A stretch of 64,000 nt of DNA, from positions 9,688 to 73,687 of the forward strand of contig JADZAY010000008.1 of NCBI GenBank assembly GCA_020852375.1. Direction: 5' to 3'. A program made the translations under genes and the position numbers. Each line of letters opens with the position of its first letter. Positions within the stretch are counted from its first letter, which is position 1. Below the pieces are notes generated by a model that did no database searches, was not told where the DNA came from, and was given only the letters and a program-made list of their open reading frames with translations. This DNA is from Candidatus Yanofskybacteria bacterium (GTDB lineage: Bacteria; Patescibacteriota; Minisyncoccia; 2-02-FULL-40-12; GWA2-44-9). Of the stretch, positions 16,710-26,985 are shown in pieces.

Positions 16710-18236
16710 CTATAACGTCTGTTGTACCGTTTCTTCGGTCACGAACTCAAGCACATCGCCCTCTTGAATATCGCCGTCGAAGCTTGATGTGTCAATCCGC
16801 AAGCCGCACTCAACGCCTTGCGCGACTTCCGAAACGTCCTCTTTTTCCTGCTGGAGATTGGTCACCTTACCGATGCGAGTGGGCGTTTCGCCACGAGCAA
16901 GATCGACGAGTGAGCCTTTCTTCACGGAGCCGGAGGTGACCTTTCCGCCAAGGATGACCGCGCGTGATTCGGTTTTAAAGATCGCAAGAACGCGGAGTTT
17001 TCCCAGCACGGTGCGCTTGGTTTCTGTGGGGAGTAGGGTGGCCAGATTGGTTCGGACGGCTTCGACGAGTTCGTAGATGATATCGAAGGATGCGATACGG
17101 ATACCGTCGCGCTCGGCAAGTTTCTGTGCCGCCGGTTCGGTGGCGACACGGAACCCGAGAATGATCGCTCCCTTCGCCGCCGCAGTTTTCACGTCGGCTT
17201 CAGTGATGTTCCCGATGCCGGAAGCGAGCACACGCAGACCGACGTGTTCGTTCGGAATGGACGCGACCGCAAGTTCGATCGCTTCCAGCGAGCTCGCGAC
17301 GTCCGCCTTGAAGATGACGTTCAGGAGGGAGCGGTCACTTCCCGGAGCTTCCTGTCCGCGGTAGGTGTCGAACGCGACCGGCGGGGGAGTGATCGAATCG
17401 GCCGCGAGGTCTTCGGCGGCTTTCTTTGCGGTTGCCGTGCGGAACTGTCCGCCGACACGGGGCGCTTCGGGCCAACCGGTGAGGAGCACCGGTTGGGAGG
17501 GGGACGCCGTTTCCAGGGCGGCTCCGCGGAAATCCTCCATGCTCTTCACCTTTCCAACGACATGGTCAACGACGATCCAGTCGCCGACGCGGAGCGTGCC
17601 ATTCTGCACGAGCGCGGTCGCGACATATCCGCGCCGCTTATCGAGATTCGACTCGATGATGACGCCTGACGCAGGGCCGGTGGTGGTACTGGTGAGTTCC
17701 TGCAGCTCTGCGACCAGGTTGACCATGTCGAGCAGTTCGGGGATGCCCGCTCCGGTCTTTGCGCTGATCTCGAGTGCGGGCGTCTGCCCGCCCCACTCTT
17801 CGACGAGCACGTCTTCCTGGGCGAGGTCTTGCTTTACTTTCGCGGGGTTCGCGCCTTCTTTGTCGGTCTTGTTGATGGCGACGATGCAGGGGATCCCCGC
17901 GTCCTTGATGATGCGGATGGCCTCGCGGGTCTGTGGCTTGACGGATTCGTCGGCGGCGACGACGAGAACGGCGACATCGGCGACCTTCGCGCCGCGGCTG
18001 CGGATCGCGGTGAATGCTTCGTGACCCGGGGTGTCGAGGAATGTGATCAGGCGTCCGTTGGTCTCGGCTTGGTAGGCGCCGATGTGCTGCGTGATGCCGC
18101 CGGATTCACCTTCAATGACATTCGTGTTGCGGATGGCGTCGAGCAGCTTGGTTTTTCCGTGGTCGACGTGACCCAACACCACCACGACGGGTGGGCGCGA
18201 AGCTGAGTGCTCGGTTGAGGATGAGAGTTCGGCCAT
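16710..18236 (-). CDS. infB: Translation initiation factor IF-2 (short form)
   Basis: GHVDHGKT, GGITQHIGA, DTPGHEAF, NKTD and ECG motifs. Confidence 0.96.
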   Translation of the reverse strand: MAELSSSTEHSASRPPVVVVLGHVDHGKTKLLDAIRNTNVIEGESGGITQHIGAYQAETNGRLITFLDTPGHEAFTAIRSRGAKVADVAVLVVAADESVKPQTREAIRIIKDAGIPCIVAINKTDKEGANPAKVKQDLAQEDVLVEEWGGQTPALEISAKTGAGIPELLDMVNLVAELQELTSTTTGPASGVIIESNLDKRRGYVATALVQNGTLRVGDWIVVDHVVGKVKSMEDFRGAALETASPSQPVLLTGWPEAPRVGGQFRTATAKKAAEDLAADSITPPPVAFDTYRGQEAPGSDRSLLNVIFKADVASSLEAIELAVASIPNEHVGLRVLASGIGNITEADVKTAAAKGAIILGFRVATEPAAQKLAERDGIRIASFDIIYELVEAVRTNLATLLPTETKRTVLGKLRVLAIFKTESRAVILGGKVTSGSVKKGSLVDLARGETPTRIGKVTNLQQEKEDVSEVAQGVECGLRIDTSSFDGDIQEGDVLEFVTEETVQQTL

Positions 18237-18334
18237 AGGGGGAAATATGCGGTCATGGAGGCCTTATCGCCGAATATGACGACCACAAAATCTACCACAT
18301 TCCGAGGTTTTCGACAAACCGTTCCGTTGTGCCG

Positions 18335-18643
18335 TTATGAACGAAGGCCGAGCGCTCGGGCGATGGAGTAGTTGTCGCCGAAGAGGTGGCGAGTGGTCAA
18401 CTCGGTCTCGATGACGGTATCAACGGGGATCGCGCGCACATCTCCCTCGGATACCACCACAGGGATGTGTTTCCACTTCGGCGTGTGCATTTCCATGTGC
18501 TTTCCGTTCTTGTCGGTCAGGTCGTAGATGAAATGCTCGCTGTCTTCTCGGATGACTCCAGGAAAGCGTGCGCGCAACTGCTCCATGCGGCGCATGGTCT
18601 TTTCATCGAGACGCTCAGGCCGGAGAGACGGCGCGCGTTCCAT
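18335..18643 (-). CDS. Hypothetical protein
   Basis: 102-aa ORF directly downstream of the membrane protein gene. Confidence 0.55.
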   Translation of the reverse strand: MERAPSLRPERLDEKTMRRMEQLRARFPGVIREDSEHFIYDLTDKNGKHMEMHTPKWKHIPVVVSEGDVRAIPVDTVIETELTTRHLFGDNYSIARALGLRS

Positions 18644-18648
18644 GGGGG

Positions 18649-19071
18649 CTACTTATAGTGCGAACGGACCTGGAAGAGGATGTAGAGCGAGATGCCGGTG
18701 CCGATGATGAGTCCACCGAGGTCGAAGCGGAGAAGCGAGTGTACGCCGCTCAGGAGCGTGTTGTAGTACATGAACTGCCAGCCAGACGATGTGCGAGCGA
18801 ACAGGCCGGGAATGGAGAGGCCGAGCAGGGCGATGCTGGCGAGCGAGAAGACGATGCCGAGCGTGCCGCCGTAGACTCCGTATCCACCCATCATGCCGTA
18901 CGGGAGCATCATGGCGCCGAATCCGAGCAGTGCCAGCACTGCCGGAAGCGACAGGATGAGTCCGATGACCGCAAGGTACGGGGCGATCTTTACCAAGAAC
19001 GCACGAACATTCTCCGGGAGGTTCGGGAGCTTCGCGAACAGATCCGACAGCATCTTTTCGAGGTCTTTCAT
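18649..19071 (-). CDS. Multi-pass membrane protein
   Basis: 140 aa with 3-4 hydrophobic helices. Confidence 0.75.
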   Translation of the reverse strand: MKDLEKMLSDLFAKLPNLPENVRAFLVKIAPYLAVIGLILSLPAVLALLGFGAMMLPYGMMGGYGVYGGTLGIVFSLASIALLGLSIPGLFARTSSGWQFMYYNTLLSGVHSLLRFDLGGLIIGTGISLYILFQVRSHYK

Positions 19072-19223
19072 GAATATACATTAACCGATGCGAATACTAT
19101 AGCACGATTCGACGGAGGAAGGGGAGGTGTGTGAAGAGGATTCGGACTGGCCACTGCCTCGCGGTGTCCGCTTCTGCGGACACACCGCTCCGGCGTTCGA
19201 ATCCTCCCGTTTCACACACACCG

Positions 19224-19261
19224 AAACAATACAGACTCCCACGTGGGAGTCTGTATTGTTT
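19224..19261. terminator. Perfect 38-bp palindrome after tRNA-Ser
   Basis: AAACAATACAGACTCCCAC/GTGGGAGTCTGTATTGTTT. Confidence 0.75.
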
Positions 19262-19264
19262 ATG

Positions 19265-19353
19265 CGGAGACGGGAGGATTCGAACCTCCGGACCGGTGTA
19301 ACCCGGTCAACACGTTAGCACCGTGCCGCTTTAGACCACTCAGCCACGTCTCC
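19265..19353 (-). tRNA. tRNA-Ser(GCT)
   Basis: GGAGACG acceptor, anticodon GCT, long variable arm, GTTCGAATC. Confidence 0.92.
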
Positions 19354-19511
19354 AAATTTTTATTATCTCGGCAAGGCCTCGCTCAAAAAACTGAGGGAGC
19401 CGTGTCTGCCGGGGCGGCTTTTGCCCGCCCGCTGAATACTCGCCTTCTCGCATTCGGCCCACGCCTCCAATAGCCAGGAGATTCTAGCACTTTTCGCCGC
19501 TCTCATCAACC

Positions 19512-20165
19512 TCAGCCGCGCGCGACGGTGAGTGCGGTGACGGAACGGGCGCCGGCGGCGCGGAGAGCGCGGGCGCACGCTTGAAGCGTGGCTCCGGTGG
19601 TACACACATCGTCAACGAGCATGACGGCTCGCCCTCGTATCGCGGCGGGTTTGTTGCAGGCGAATGCGTCGCGCATGTTCTCGAGTCGTTCGCCACGGTC
19701 GGCCGTTGCGACCTGGCTTCCCGTGTTGCGCGTGCGGGTGAGCGCGGTGGCGTCGCAGGGGAGTGCGGTGATGTGCGCCCATGCTCGGGCGATGAGCTCG
19801 GCCTGATTGTACCCGCGCTCACGGAAACGCGATGGATGCAGAGGAACCGGGACGACGACCGCATTCTTCTTGGTGTGCTGGAGCGCCTCCGGTGTCTGTG
19901 CGACCGCGTCAGCCAGCCAGCATGCAAGCGGGCCCGCGAGTGCGGTGAGCGATCGGTATTTCAGCCGCCACACGGCCTGGGCGAGCAGGGGGTGTGCGAG
20001 CGGGCCACCCGATATTGCCCGAGTGCCGTCGGCGAGCCTACGGACGTCCGGGGCGGATGGAATGCGCTCGCGGCATGGCGAACATAGGGCCTCTCCGATC
20101 TCATCGCAGGCAATGCATCGGTTGGGCCACAGCGTATCGCGCAGCCATGCCAAAATGTCCTTCAT
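19512..20165 (-). CDS. comF: ComF family (double Zn-ribbon + PRTase) competence protein
   Basis: CIAC...CSPC, VPVPLH...RGYNQAE and LVDDVCTTGATL motifs. Confidence 0.92.
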   Translation of the reverse strand: MKDILAWLRDTLWPNRCIACDEIGEALCSPCRERIPSAPDVRRLADGTRAISGGPLAHPLLAQAVWRLKYRSLTALAGPLACWLADAVAQTPEALQHTKKNAVVVPVPLHPSRFRERGYNQAELIARAWAHITALPCDATALTRTRNTGSQVATADRGERLENMRDAFACNKPAAIRGRAVMLVDDVCTTGATLQACARALRAAGARSVTALTVARG

Positions 20166-20221
20166 ATATATAATCCACACACTGCCGACCCGGGCGGCTC
20201 CGTGGCTGGGGTATACTAGAT

Positions 20222-21322
20222 ATGACGATGCCATTCAACCTCTTCAAGGCAAAAAGCAAGCTCGGTATCGATATTGGTACTTCGAGCATCAAGATCGTTG
20301 AGCTTTCCCAGGAGAACGGTCGCTGGAAGCTTGAGAATTATGCGATGTACGAGCTACATAGCAAAGATGGTCGCGCGGATACCGCGAACACGGTGATGGA
20401 CCTTTCGGACGACGAGATCGCGAGCGCCATCAAAGAGACGATCTCGACCGCGGGTATGAAGAGTCGCGATGCGGTCGCGTCGGTATCGGCGTTCTCGACG
20501 TTCGCGACCGTTATCGAAATGCCGTATGTGAGCGAAGAGGATCTCGCGAAGACTATACCGTTCGAGGCGCGGAAGTATGTGCCGGTGCCGCTCGACCAAG
20601 TTGTCCTTGATTGGTCCATCATCGGCGTTGTCGATGGGAAGGGGGGAGTGAGCGAGTTGCCGCCGGGTCCTGCGGCACCCGGGGCAACTGTCACGGTGGA
20701 GGTGTTCTTGGCGGCGGTTCCTAAAGATGAGACCGCCCGGTACCAGCGCATCATGCGCGCGGCGGGAGTGAATCTTGTTGCGCTTGAATTGGAGAACTCC
20801 AGTCTGGTGCGGGCGTTGCTGGGGAACGACCTTTCTCCGACCGCGATCCTGAATGTGGGAGGGCGGAGCACTTCGATCCTCGTGGTAAGCAAGGGGTATG
20901 AGCGGTTGAGCCACAACTACGAGATCGGCGGATACGAGATCACCAAAGCCATTGCGACTGCGCTTGGCATCAGCGCCGAACAGGCGGAGGCGCTGAAGCG
21001 GAAATACGGAGTCATTGATAATCCCGAGAACAAAGCGCGTGCCGCAATGATGCCGCTGATCGATATGATGGTATTCGAGACGAACAAGACCATCGAGGCG
21101 TTCGAGCAGTCGCGGAAGTCGCGTATCAGCCGGGTTGTGCTCATCGGCGGTCTTGCCAACATGCCGGGTCTCGCCCAATACGTGAAGCAGCGCATCCCTC
21201 GGGATGTCCTCATCGGCAATGTGTTCGCACGGTTGGTGCACCCGCCGGAGCTTGCTCCGCTGGTACAGACCTTGAGCAACACGCTTGCCATCGCAGTCGG
21301 CTGCGCCATGCGGGAGACGTGA
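20222..21322 (+). CDS. pilM: Type IV pilus assembly protein PilM
   Basis: LGIDIGTSSIKIVEL, EARKYVPVP and LIGGLANMPGL (actin-like fold). Confidence 0.9.
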   Translation: MTMPFNLFKAKSKLGIDIGTSSIKIVELSQENGRWKLENYAMYELHSKDGRADTANTVMDLSDDEIASAIKETISTAGMKSRDAVASVSAFSTFATVIEMPYVSEEDLAKTIPFEARKYVPVPLDQVVLDWSIIGVVDGKGGVSELPPGPAAPGATVTVEVFLAAVPKDETARYQRIMRAAGVNLVALELENSSLVRALLGNDLSPTAILNVGGRSTSILVVSKGYERLSHNYEIGGYEITKAIATALGISAEQAEALKRKYGVIDNPENKARAAMMPLIDMMVFETNKTIEAFEQSRKSRISRVVLIGGLANMPGLAQYVKQRIPRDVLIGNVFARLVHPPELAPLVQTLSNTLAIAVGCAMRET

Positions 21323-21350
21323 TATACTAGAAGGGGAACACTGTTCTGTC

Positions 21351-21932
21351 GTGCCATACAAAGGAGGGGTACAACTTTTGCCGGAAACCGAACGCCGCCC
21401 AACGCTGGCGTCGTATACGAGCGGCAATTCCTATTTCTACACTGCCGTCGCGCTCGGTATCGCGATCATCATCATCGGCGCCACGCTGGGCGGCTACAAG
21501 GCGAGCCTTCGTCAGCAGATCGCGAGCCTGGACGGGCAGTTGGATGCCAGCGAACAGCAGCGCAACAAGACACAGGAGCAAGAGCTGATCGCGGCATCGA
21601 AGCAGTCGCGGGTCATGCGGCAGTTGCTGGCCGGGAAGTGGTACTGGTCGCAGGCGCTCGAGCGCATGGAACAGATGACCCAGGCCTCGGTTGCGCTCAC
21701 GCAGCTCGGTGCTTCCGCTACGAAGGGGACGATCACATTCCGCGGGACCGCTGATGGGTACGCGGCGGTCGCTCGACAGCTCGCCGCATTCGTCGCGGCG
21801 ACCGGCGTGAAGGATGTTTCGTTGCGTTCGGTCAAGACCAATCCCCAGGGCGTCATTGAATTCGACGGGGAACTCTCCATTGATACGCGGACACTAGTCG
21901 GAAAACCATCACCTTCACCCTCTACGCCATGA
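21351..21932 (+). CDS. pilN: PilN-like protein
   Basis: TM, coiled coil and ferredoxin-like domain; follows pilM. GTG start inferred. Confidence 0.7.
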   Translation: MPYKGGVQLLPETERRPTLASYTSGNSYFYTAVALGIAIIIIGATLGGYKASLRQQIASLDGQLDASEQQRNKTQEQELIAASKQSRVMRQLLAGKWYWSQALERMEQMTQASVALTQLGASATKGTITFRGTADGYAAVARQLAAFVAATGVKDVSLRSVKTNPQGVIEFDGELSIDTRTLVGKPSPSPSTP

Positions 21933-22462
21933 CGAGCGGCAAAGCGATCTTCGGAGCGTGCACGATTGCCATTGCGGCCTTCTTCTTTTGGCCGTCGGTG
22001 ATCGGGTCGTGGCAAGAGATGCAGGCGTTGCGGGCTGCACGCAATGAGCGAGAGGCATTACTGAAAGATCGCACCGACATTCTTGCGCGCGCGACCGAGC
22101 AGTATGCATCCTACCAGGCGGCACTTGCGGGGGAGGGAGGGCGTGCACTTTTCTCGATGGTCCCGGCGAAGAAAGATACGGCCGAACTCGTGTCCGCGAT
22201 CCAGGATATCGCCGCGCGGTCCGGGGCACAGATCGGCGAGATCCGCACCGCGGACAGCAAGGGAAAGACCAGCGACCCCTACCGAACCCTGACACTGACC
22301 ATTGAGCTGTCGGGCTCGTACAGCGCCTTGCGTTCGTTCTTGTCCGGGCTTGAACAGTACGTGCGCGTTATGAGCGTCGAGAGTATCGAAGTAAGCACGG
22401 ATACACGCGCGCCGGGATCGTTGCGGTTCGGTATCCGCGCCGACACCTATTTCATCCAGTAG
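21929..22462 (+). CDS. pilO: PilO-like protein
   Basis: TM, coiled coil and GSYSALRSFLSGLEQYVR; overlaps the pilN stop. Confidence 0.78.
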   Translation: MTSGKAIFGACTIAIAAFFFWPSVIGSWQEMQALRAARNEREALLKDRTDILARATEQYASYQAALAGEGGRALFSMVPAKKDTAELVSAIQDIAARSGAQIGEIRTADSKGKTSDPYRTLTLTIELSGSYSALRSFLSGLEQYVRVMSVESIEVSTDTRAPGSLRFGIRADTYFIQ

Positions 22463-22464
22463 CC

Positions 22465-22731
22465 ATGGGCACGACCAAACAAAACTCTTCACTGCTCTAC
22501 CTTATTATGTTGCTGGGGTTTGTGTTGGGCTTTCTCTACAACAGCCGTCTCGATCCGACGGCAGGTGTTCCGCCGGTCGATGGTCGGCATCAGTTGACCT
22601 CGCTCAGGGGACTCGAGTCGGCTCGCATCGACACCTCGTTCCTGTCTTCGGAGCAATTCAAAGAGCTGCGTATATTCGGTTCGCTTCCGGTACAACCGGT
22701 GGGAAACGGGAAGTCGGATCCATTTCACTAG
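22465..22731 (+). CDS. Small membrane protein of the pilus operon
   Basis: N-terminal TM; ends GKSDPFH; tightly packed in the operon. Confidence 0.65.
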   Translation: MGTTKQNSSLLYLIMLLGFVLGFLYNSRLDPTAGVPPVDGRHQLTSLRGLESARIDTSFLSSEQFKELRIFGSLPVQPVGNGKSDPFH

Positions 22732-22743
22732 CAATTCTCGTGT

Positions 22744-24516
22744 ATGCCCGGCAAGGCGCCTCAAACACTTATCAATGAGCTGGTACGCATCGGCCGCCTG
22801 ACAAAGGCGGACGCTGATGCTTTGGTCTCGGCGGCAGTCCGAGAGGGGAAAGACGTCGGTGCGGCGCTGATCGAGGCCGGCACCATGAGCGATGCCGAGC
22901 TCGCGAAATTCAAAAGCGAATTGTATCGGCTCCCGCAAGTTGACCTTTCGCAGACGGAACCGGATCCTGCTGCGCTCGGTGAGATCAGCGAGGATGTCGC
23001 CGGATTCTACCGGGTCATTCCGTTCGCGGTCGCCGACGGAGTGCTAAAGGTCGGTATTGTCGATCCGGAAGACATCAATGCGCTCGAGGCGCTGAAGTTC
23101 ATTGCCGCGGACAAGGGCTTGAAGCTGGAGAAGTATGTGCTCATGTACCGAGATTTCGCCGGAGCGCTCAAGCGGTTCAAGTCGTTGAGCGGCGAGGTCG
23201 GCAAAGCTCTGGAGTCGATCGCGGAAGAGGCGGGACAGGCGGTCGGTGGCGGGGAGCCGGAGCTGTCGCTCGACCAGATCACCGCAGAGAGCCCGGTGAC
23301 GAAAGTCGTATCGGCGATGCTCGCGCACGCGATCGATGGCCGTGCGTCCGATATTCACATCGAGCCGTTCGACACGGATACGCGCGTTCGGTTCCGCGTC
23401 GATGGCGTCCTGCAGGCGGTACTCACGCTTCCGAAGAATCTCCACCCGTCCGTGGTGACGCGCATCAAGATCCTCTCGAATCTCAAGATCGATGAGACGC
23501 GCGTTCCGCAGGATGGACGCTTCAGCATCTACCAGGGCAAGACGAAGATTGATTTTCGTGTCAGCACGTTCCCGACGAAAGCGGGGGAGAAGGTAGTGAT
23601 GCGCATCCTTGACCCGCTGTCGAGCCGCATCGATCTTCCGGGGCTCGGAGTGACCGGCCGAAGTGCTACGCTCCTACAGGAGGCGATCGAGAAGCCTTAC
23701 GGCATCATTCTGATCACCGGGCCGACCGGCTCCGGAAAATCGACGACCATTGCCGCGTTGTTGAAACAGATGAACACCGAGGAGATCAACATTGTGACCC
23801 TCGAGGATCCGATCGAGTACTACATCGACGGGGTGAACCAGTCGCAGACGCACGAAGAGATCGGGTACACATTCGCAAATGGCCTTCGCTCGATCCTGCG
23901 CCAAGACCCGGACGTTATCATGGTTGGTGAGATCCGAGATCGTGAGACTGCAGGGCTTGCGGTACAGGCGGCACTGACAGGGCATATCGTGCTCTCAACG
24001 CTCCACACGAACGATGCGCTCGGGGTGATCCCGCGCTTGGTGGATATGGGGGTCGAGAAGTATCTGCTTCCGCCGGTGCTGAACCTTGCGGTTGCTCAGC
24101 GACTTCTGCGTCGGCTGTGTCCGACGTGCAAAGTGAAGGATGTCGCGAACGAGGCGGAAGCGAAGATCATTTCCGATGCGCTTGCGCACATGCCGCAGGA
24201 GCTGGTCGCTCCATATCTGAAGGAACAGTTCGAGGTGTATCGTCCGAACACGAAGTCGCCGTGCAAGGAGTGCGGCGGGAAGGCTTTCAAGGGGCGTATC
24301 GCGATCTTCGAGATGCTGCACATGACCGACGAGCTTGAGGGTATTATCCTGGGAAACCTCTCCGAAGCAGCATTGCGTGATGAAGCGAAGCGGCAGGGGA
24401 TGGTCAGTATGTTCCAGGACGGCATCTTGAAAGTGCTCGACGGGACTTGCTCACTCCAGGAGCTGCTCGAAGTCGCTCAGGCGAGTGACGAGGAGGAGCC
24501 GCCGAAGGCCGCATAA
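22744..24516 (+). CDS. pilB: Type IV pilus assembly ATPase PilB/GspE
   Basis: ASDIHIEP, GPTGSGKST, TLEDPIEY, LRQDPDVIMVGEIRD and tetra-Cys motifs. Confidence 0.93.
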   Translation: MPGKAPQTLINELVRIGRLTKADADALVSAAVREGKDVGAALIEAGTMSDAELAKFKSELYRLPQVDLSQTEPDPAALGEISEDVAGFYRVIPFAVADGVLKVGIVDPEDINALEALKFIAADKGLKLEKYVLMYRDFAGALKRFKSLSGEVGKALESIAEEAGQAVGGGEPELSLDQITAESPVTKVVSAMLAHAIDGRASDIHIEPFDTDTRVRFRVDGVLQAVLTLPKNLHPSVVTRIKILSNLKIDETRVPQDGRFSIYQGKTKIDFRVSTFPTKAGEKVVMRILDPLSSRIDLPGLGVTGRSATLLQEAIEKPYGIILITGPTGSGKSTTIAALLKQMNTEEINIVTLEDPIEYYIDGVNQSQTHEEIGYTFANGLRSILRQDPDVIMVGEIRDRETAGLAVQAALTGHIVLSTLHTNDALGVIPRLVDMGVEKYLLPPVLNLAVAQRLLRRLCPTCKVKDVANEAEAKIISDALAHMPQELVAPYLKEQFEVYRPNTKSPCKECGGKAFKGRIAIFEMLHMTDELEGIILGNLSEAALRDEAKRQGMVSMFQDGILKVLDGTCSLQELLEVAQASDEEEPPKAA

Positions 24517-24525
24517 CATCGAACC

Positions 24526-25740
24526 ATGCAGTTTTCCTATCAGGTCAAACACCAGGACGGAACGCTCCACAGCGGACTCATCGAAGCCCCGGACGAAGGA
24601 GCTGCGGTCGCCGAGCTGCACGGGCGCGGGTTTGTGGTGCTTTCGCTGGCGTCTGCGCAGAAGGGGATATTCTCCGGCGGCGATCTCAACCAGCTGTTCA
24701 ATCGGCCGAAGACGAAAGACGTCGTCGTATTCACGCGACAGCTCGCGACGCTTATCGAGGCGGATGTGCCGCTCGCGGAGAGTATGCGCACATTGGCAGG
24801 GCAGACCGATAATCCGGCGTTCTCGCGTATCATCGCGGAAGTAAGCGACAAGCTCGAAGGGGGGACATCGTTGTCGGCCGCATTCGCGGCGCACCCGAAG
24901 TTGTTCTCGCAGTTCTACGTGAAACTCGTTCGGTCGGGTGAGATCTCCGGTCGTCTCCAGCAGTCGCTCCAGTATCTTGCCGATTACCTGGAGCGCAACC
25001 AGGCGATCGCAGGGAAGGTGCGCAACGCCCTCGCGTATCCCATCTTCGTCATCTTTGCCATGGTCGCGGTCGCGCTGATCATGGTGGTGTATGTGTTGCC
25101 GCAGCTGCTCGTCATCTTCAAGGAGTCAGGTGTCACCGATCTTCCTATCACCACGAAGGCGCTGATCGCAGTGACTGATTTTACCAACAGCTATATCGTG
25201 TTGATCCTTGGCATGCTGGTGATCACGGTCGTCGGTGCCCTGCAGTGGGTGCGGACGCCGGACGGACGGCACTGGTGGGATGCGTTCAAAGTGCGCATGC
25301 CGTTGTTCGGGATCATTCTTAAGTCGCTCTACCTCGCGCGCATCGCCGAGAACATGGCGACGCTCATCAAGAGCGACATCGCCATCCTCGATGCGCTTCG
25401 CGTGACGGGTGATATCGTCGACAATGTGGTCTATCGCGACATTCTTCTGCACGCCGAAGAGCAGGTGCGAGGCGGCGGGAGCGTTTCGGAGGTGTTCCGG
25501 CAGTATCGGGCCAGCATCCCGCCGCTGATGGCGTCGATGATCGCGATCGGGGAGCGCACGGGGAAACTGGATTACATGCTGGGCCATGTGAGCGCGTTCT
25601 ATCGTACCGATTCTGAAAGCCGCATCGACAACATTTCCGCACTCATCGAGCCGGTACTGGTCGTGGTGCTTGGATTGGGGGTTGCGATCCTTGTCGCTTC
25701 CATTCTCCTCCCGCTCTACTCTCTTGTGGGCGTGTCGTAG
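24526..25740 (+). CDS. pilC: Type IV pilus platform protein PilC/GspF
   Basis: FTRQLATLI, GEISGRL, ALAYP, GERTGKL and IEP motifs. Confidence 0.93.
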   Translation: MQFSYQVKHQDGTLHSGLIEAPDEGAAVAELHGRGFVVLSLASAQKGIFSGGDLNQLFNRPKTKDVVVFTRQLATLIEADVPLAESMRTLAGQTDNPAFSRIIAEVSDKLEGGTSLSAAFAAHPKLFSQFYVKLVRSGEISGRLQQSLQYLADYLERNQAIAGKVRNALAYPIFVIFAMVAVALIMVVYVLPQLLVIFKESGVTDLPITTKALIAVTDFTNSYIVLILGMLVITVVGALQWVRTPDGRHWWDAFKVRMPLFGIILKSLYLARIAENMATLIKSDIAILDALRVTGDIVDNVVYRDILLHAEEQVRGGGSVSEVFRQYRASIPPLMASMIAIGERTGKLDYMLGHVSAFYRTDSESRIDNISALIEPVLVVVLGLGVAILVASILLPLYSLVGVS

Positions 25741-25891
25741 AGGCGTCGTGCACGAGATTGACGTATCGCGAATTTAGCGTACTGTAGCGCTCGGTGGCTT
25801 TGCTCTTTCGGATATTTCCGCGGCAGTGCTGCGGACCCTTGTCCTCCGGGCAGGAGGAAGCTTCTCCGCGATCAGCGGGAAGGAGATTGAA

Positions 25892-26482
25892 ATGAAGTAC
25901 GGTCAGTTGACGATGGGGCAGATTGAAGCGGTGGTCAACAAGCTTGGCGGGATGGAGGGTGTTCAACGCCTACTCGCGGGAGACCTCATGATCACCGAGC
26001 TTGCTGAGCGGTTCAAGCCGATGGAGTGGAGGCGAATCGTTCTCGGGGTGCGCGACTCCTGGGATGCGTATCGCGCGTCGTGCGAATCGGCGGGCGTGAT
26101 CGGGGAGGATCTCCGAAGGTACTTTCCTTCTCACAAGATTAGCACCGTTCCGCGTGAGGTTGTCCTTACCGTGGTGTCGGGTGCCCAGCTCGGATTTTCG
26201 AGGCCGGCTAAGCGCGCCGCAATCATTGCCCGTGCTGAAAGTGTGGGGGTTCGGACATGTCCAGGGGAAGTTGCCCTCGTGCTTTCCATGGCATATCTCG
26301 ACCAGCCTCCTCACGAGGTGCTGACGATTGCCACGGATCCGGCGCAGGAGTTTGGCGAGACTCCCGGGGTGTTTCAGGTCGCTGCAGGACTTCTGTCGCG
26401 AAGACTAATCCGTCGTCCCAGCGACCCGTCCGCTCTCTGGAGTCCGGAAGTCCAATGGGTGTTTCGGATGATGGTCCGCTAG
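25892..26482 (+). CDS. Hypothetical protein resembling CPR DGR-target-like families
   Basis: AAGGAG SD; GQIEAVVNKLGG, CPGEVA...YLDQP and C-terminal W-x5-WVF. Family resemblance is from memory. Confidence 0.7.
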   Translation: MKYGQLTMGQIEAVVNKLGGMEGVQRLLAGDLMITELAERFKPMEWRRIVLGVRDSWDAYRASCESAGVIGEDLRRYFPSHKISTVPREVVLTVVSGAQLGFSRPAKRAAIIARAESVGVRTCPGEVALVLSMAYLDQPPHEVLTIATDPAQEFGETPGVFQVAAGLLSRRLIRRPSDPSALWSPEVQWVFRMMVR

Positions 26483-26488
26483 CATTTC

Positions 26489-26513
26489 AGCCCGGCAACG
26501 CGCCGGGCTTTTT
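26489..26513 (+). terminator. Intrinsic terminator
   Basis: AGCCCGGC-AACGC-GCCGGGCT followed by a T-tract. Confidence 0.7.
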
Positions 26514-26580
26514 GTTCGCATACCTTGACTCAACGCATGGGAGTTGTATCGTTGCTGTCGGTTCTTTCAGAGGAGGCGTC

Positions 26581-26985
26581 ATGGGACGATGGTGTCCTAC
26601 CCTCGATGATGTGTTTTACTTCAGCTATGACTGCCCTTATGTCCAGGAGATACAGCTTGCGAGGGAGAGGGGTGCCCGAGTGGTCATCGTGCATTCGGGG
26701 GCTGTCGGAATAAGCGAGGTGAAGCTGTTCGATTCCTGCACTTCTGTCCCACGGGTTCGGGTGAGCGGCGAAGCGTCTGGCCCAGAGCCGCTTGCGGAGG
26801 CCACTGCGCTTCTGTTTGTTCATGGGTGGGATCTCCATGATGCCGCTACGCGGGAGTGGCTTGATCGCTACACATACGCGATACGGGCGTTGCGGGAGGG
26901 GGATCCCATGGGCTATGCAGGGGCGCTCGAACGGGTCGAGAAAGTTTGCCCCGACCGCTACGTACCGATTTGGACTGTGCCGTAA
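26581..26985 (+). CDS. Hypothetical protein (134 aa)
   Basis: AGGAGG SD at 26571; hairpin plus T-tract after the stop. Confidence 0.6.
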   Translation: MGRWCPTLDDVFYFSYDCPYVQEIQLARERGARVVIVHSGAVGISEVKLFDSCTSVPRVRVSGEASGPEPLAEATALLFVHGWDLHDAATREWLDRYTYAIRALREGDPMGYAGALERVEKVCPDRYVPIWTVP

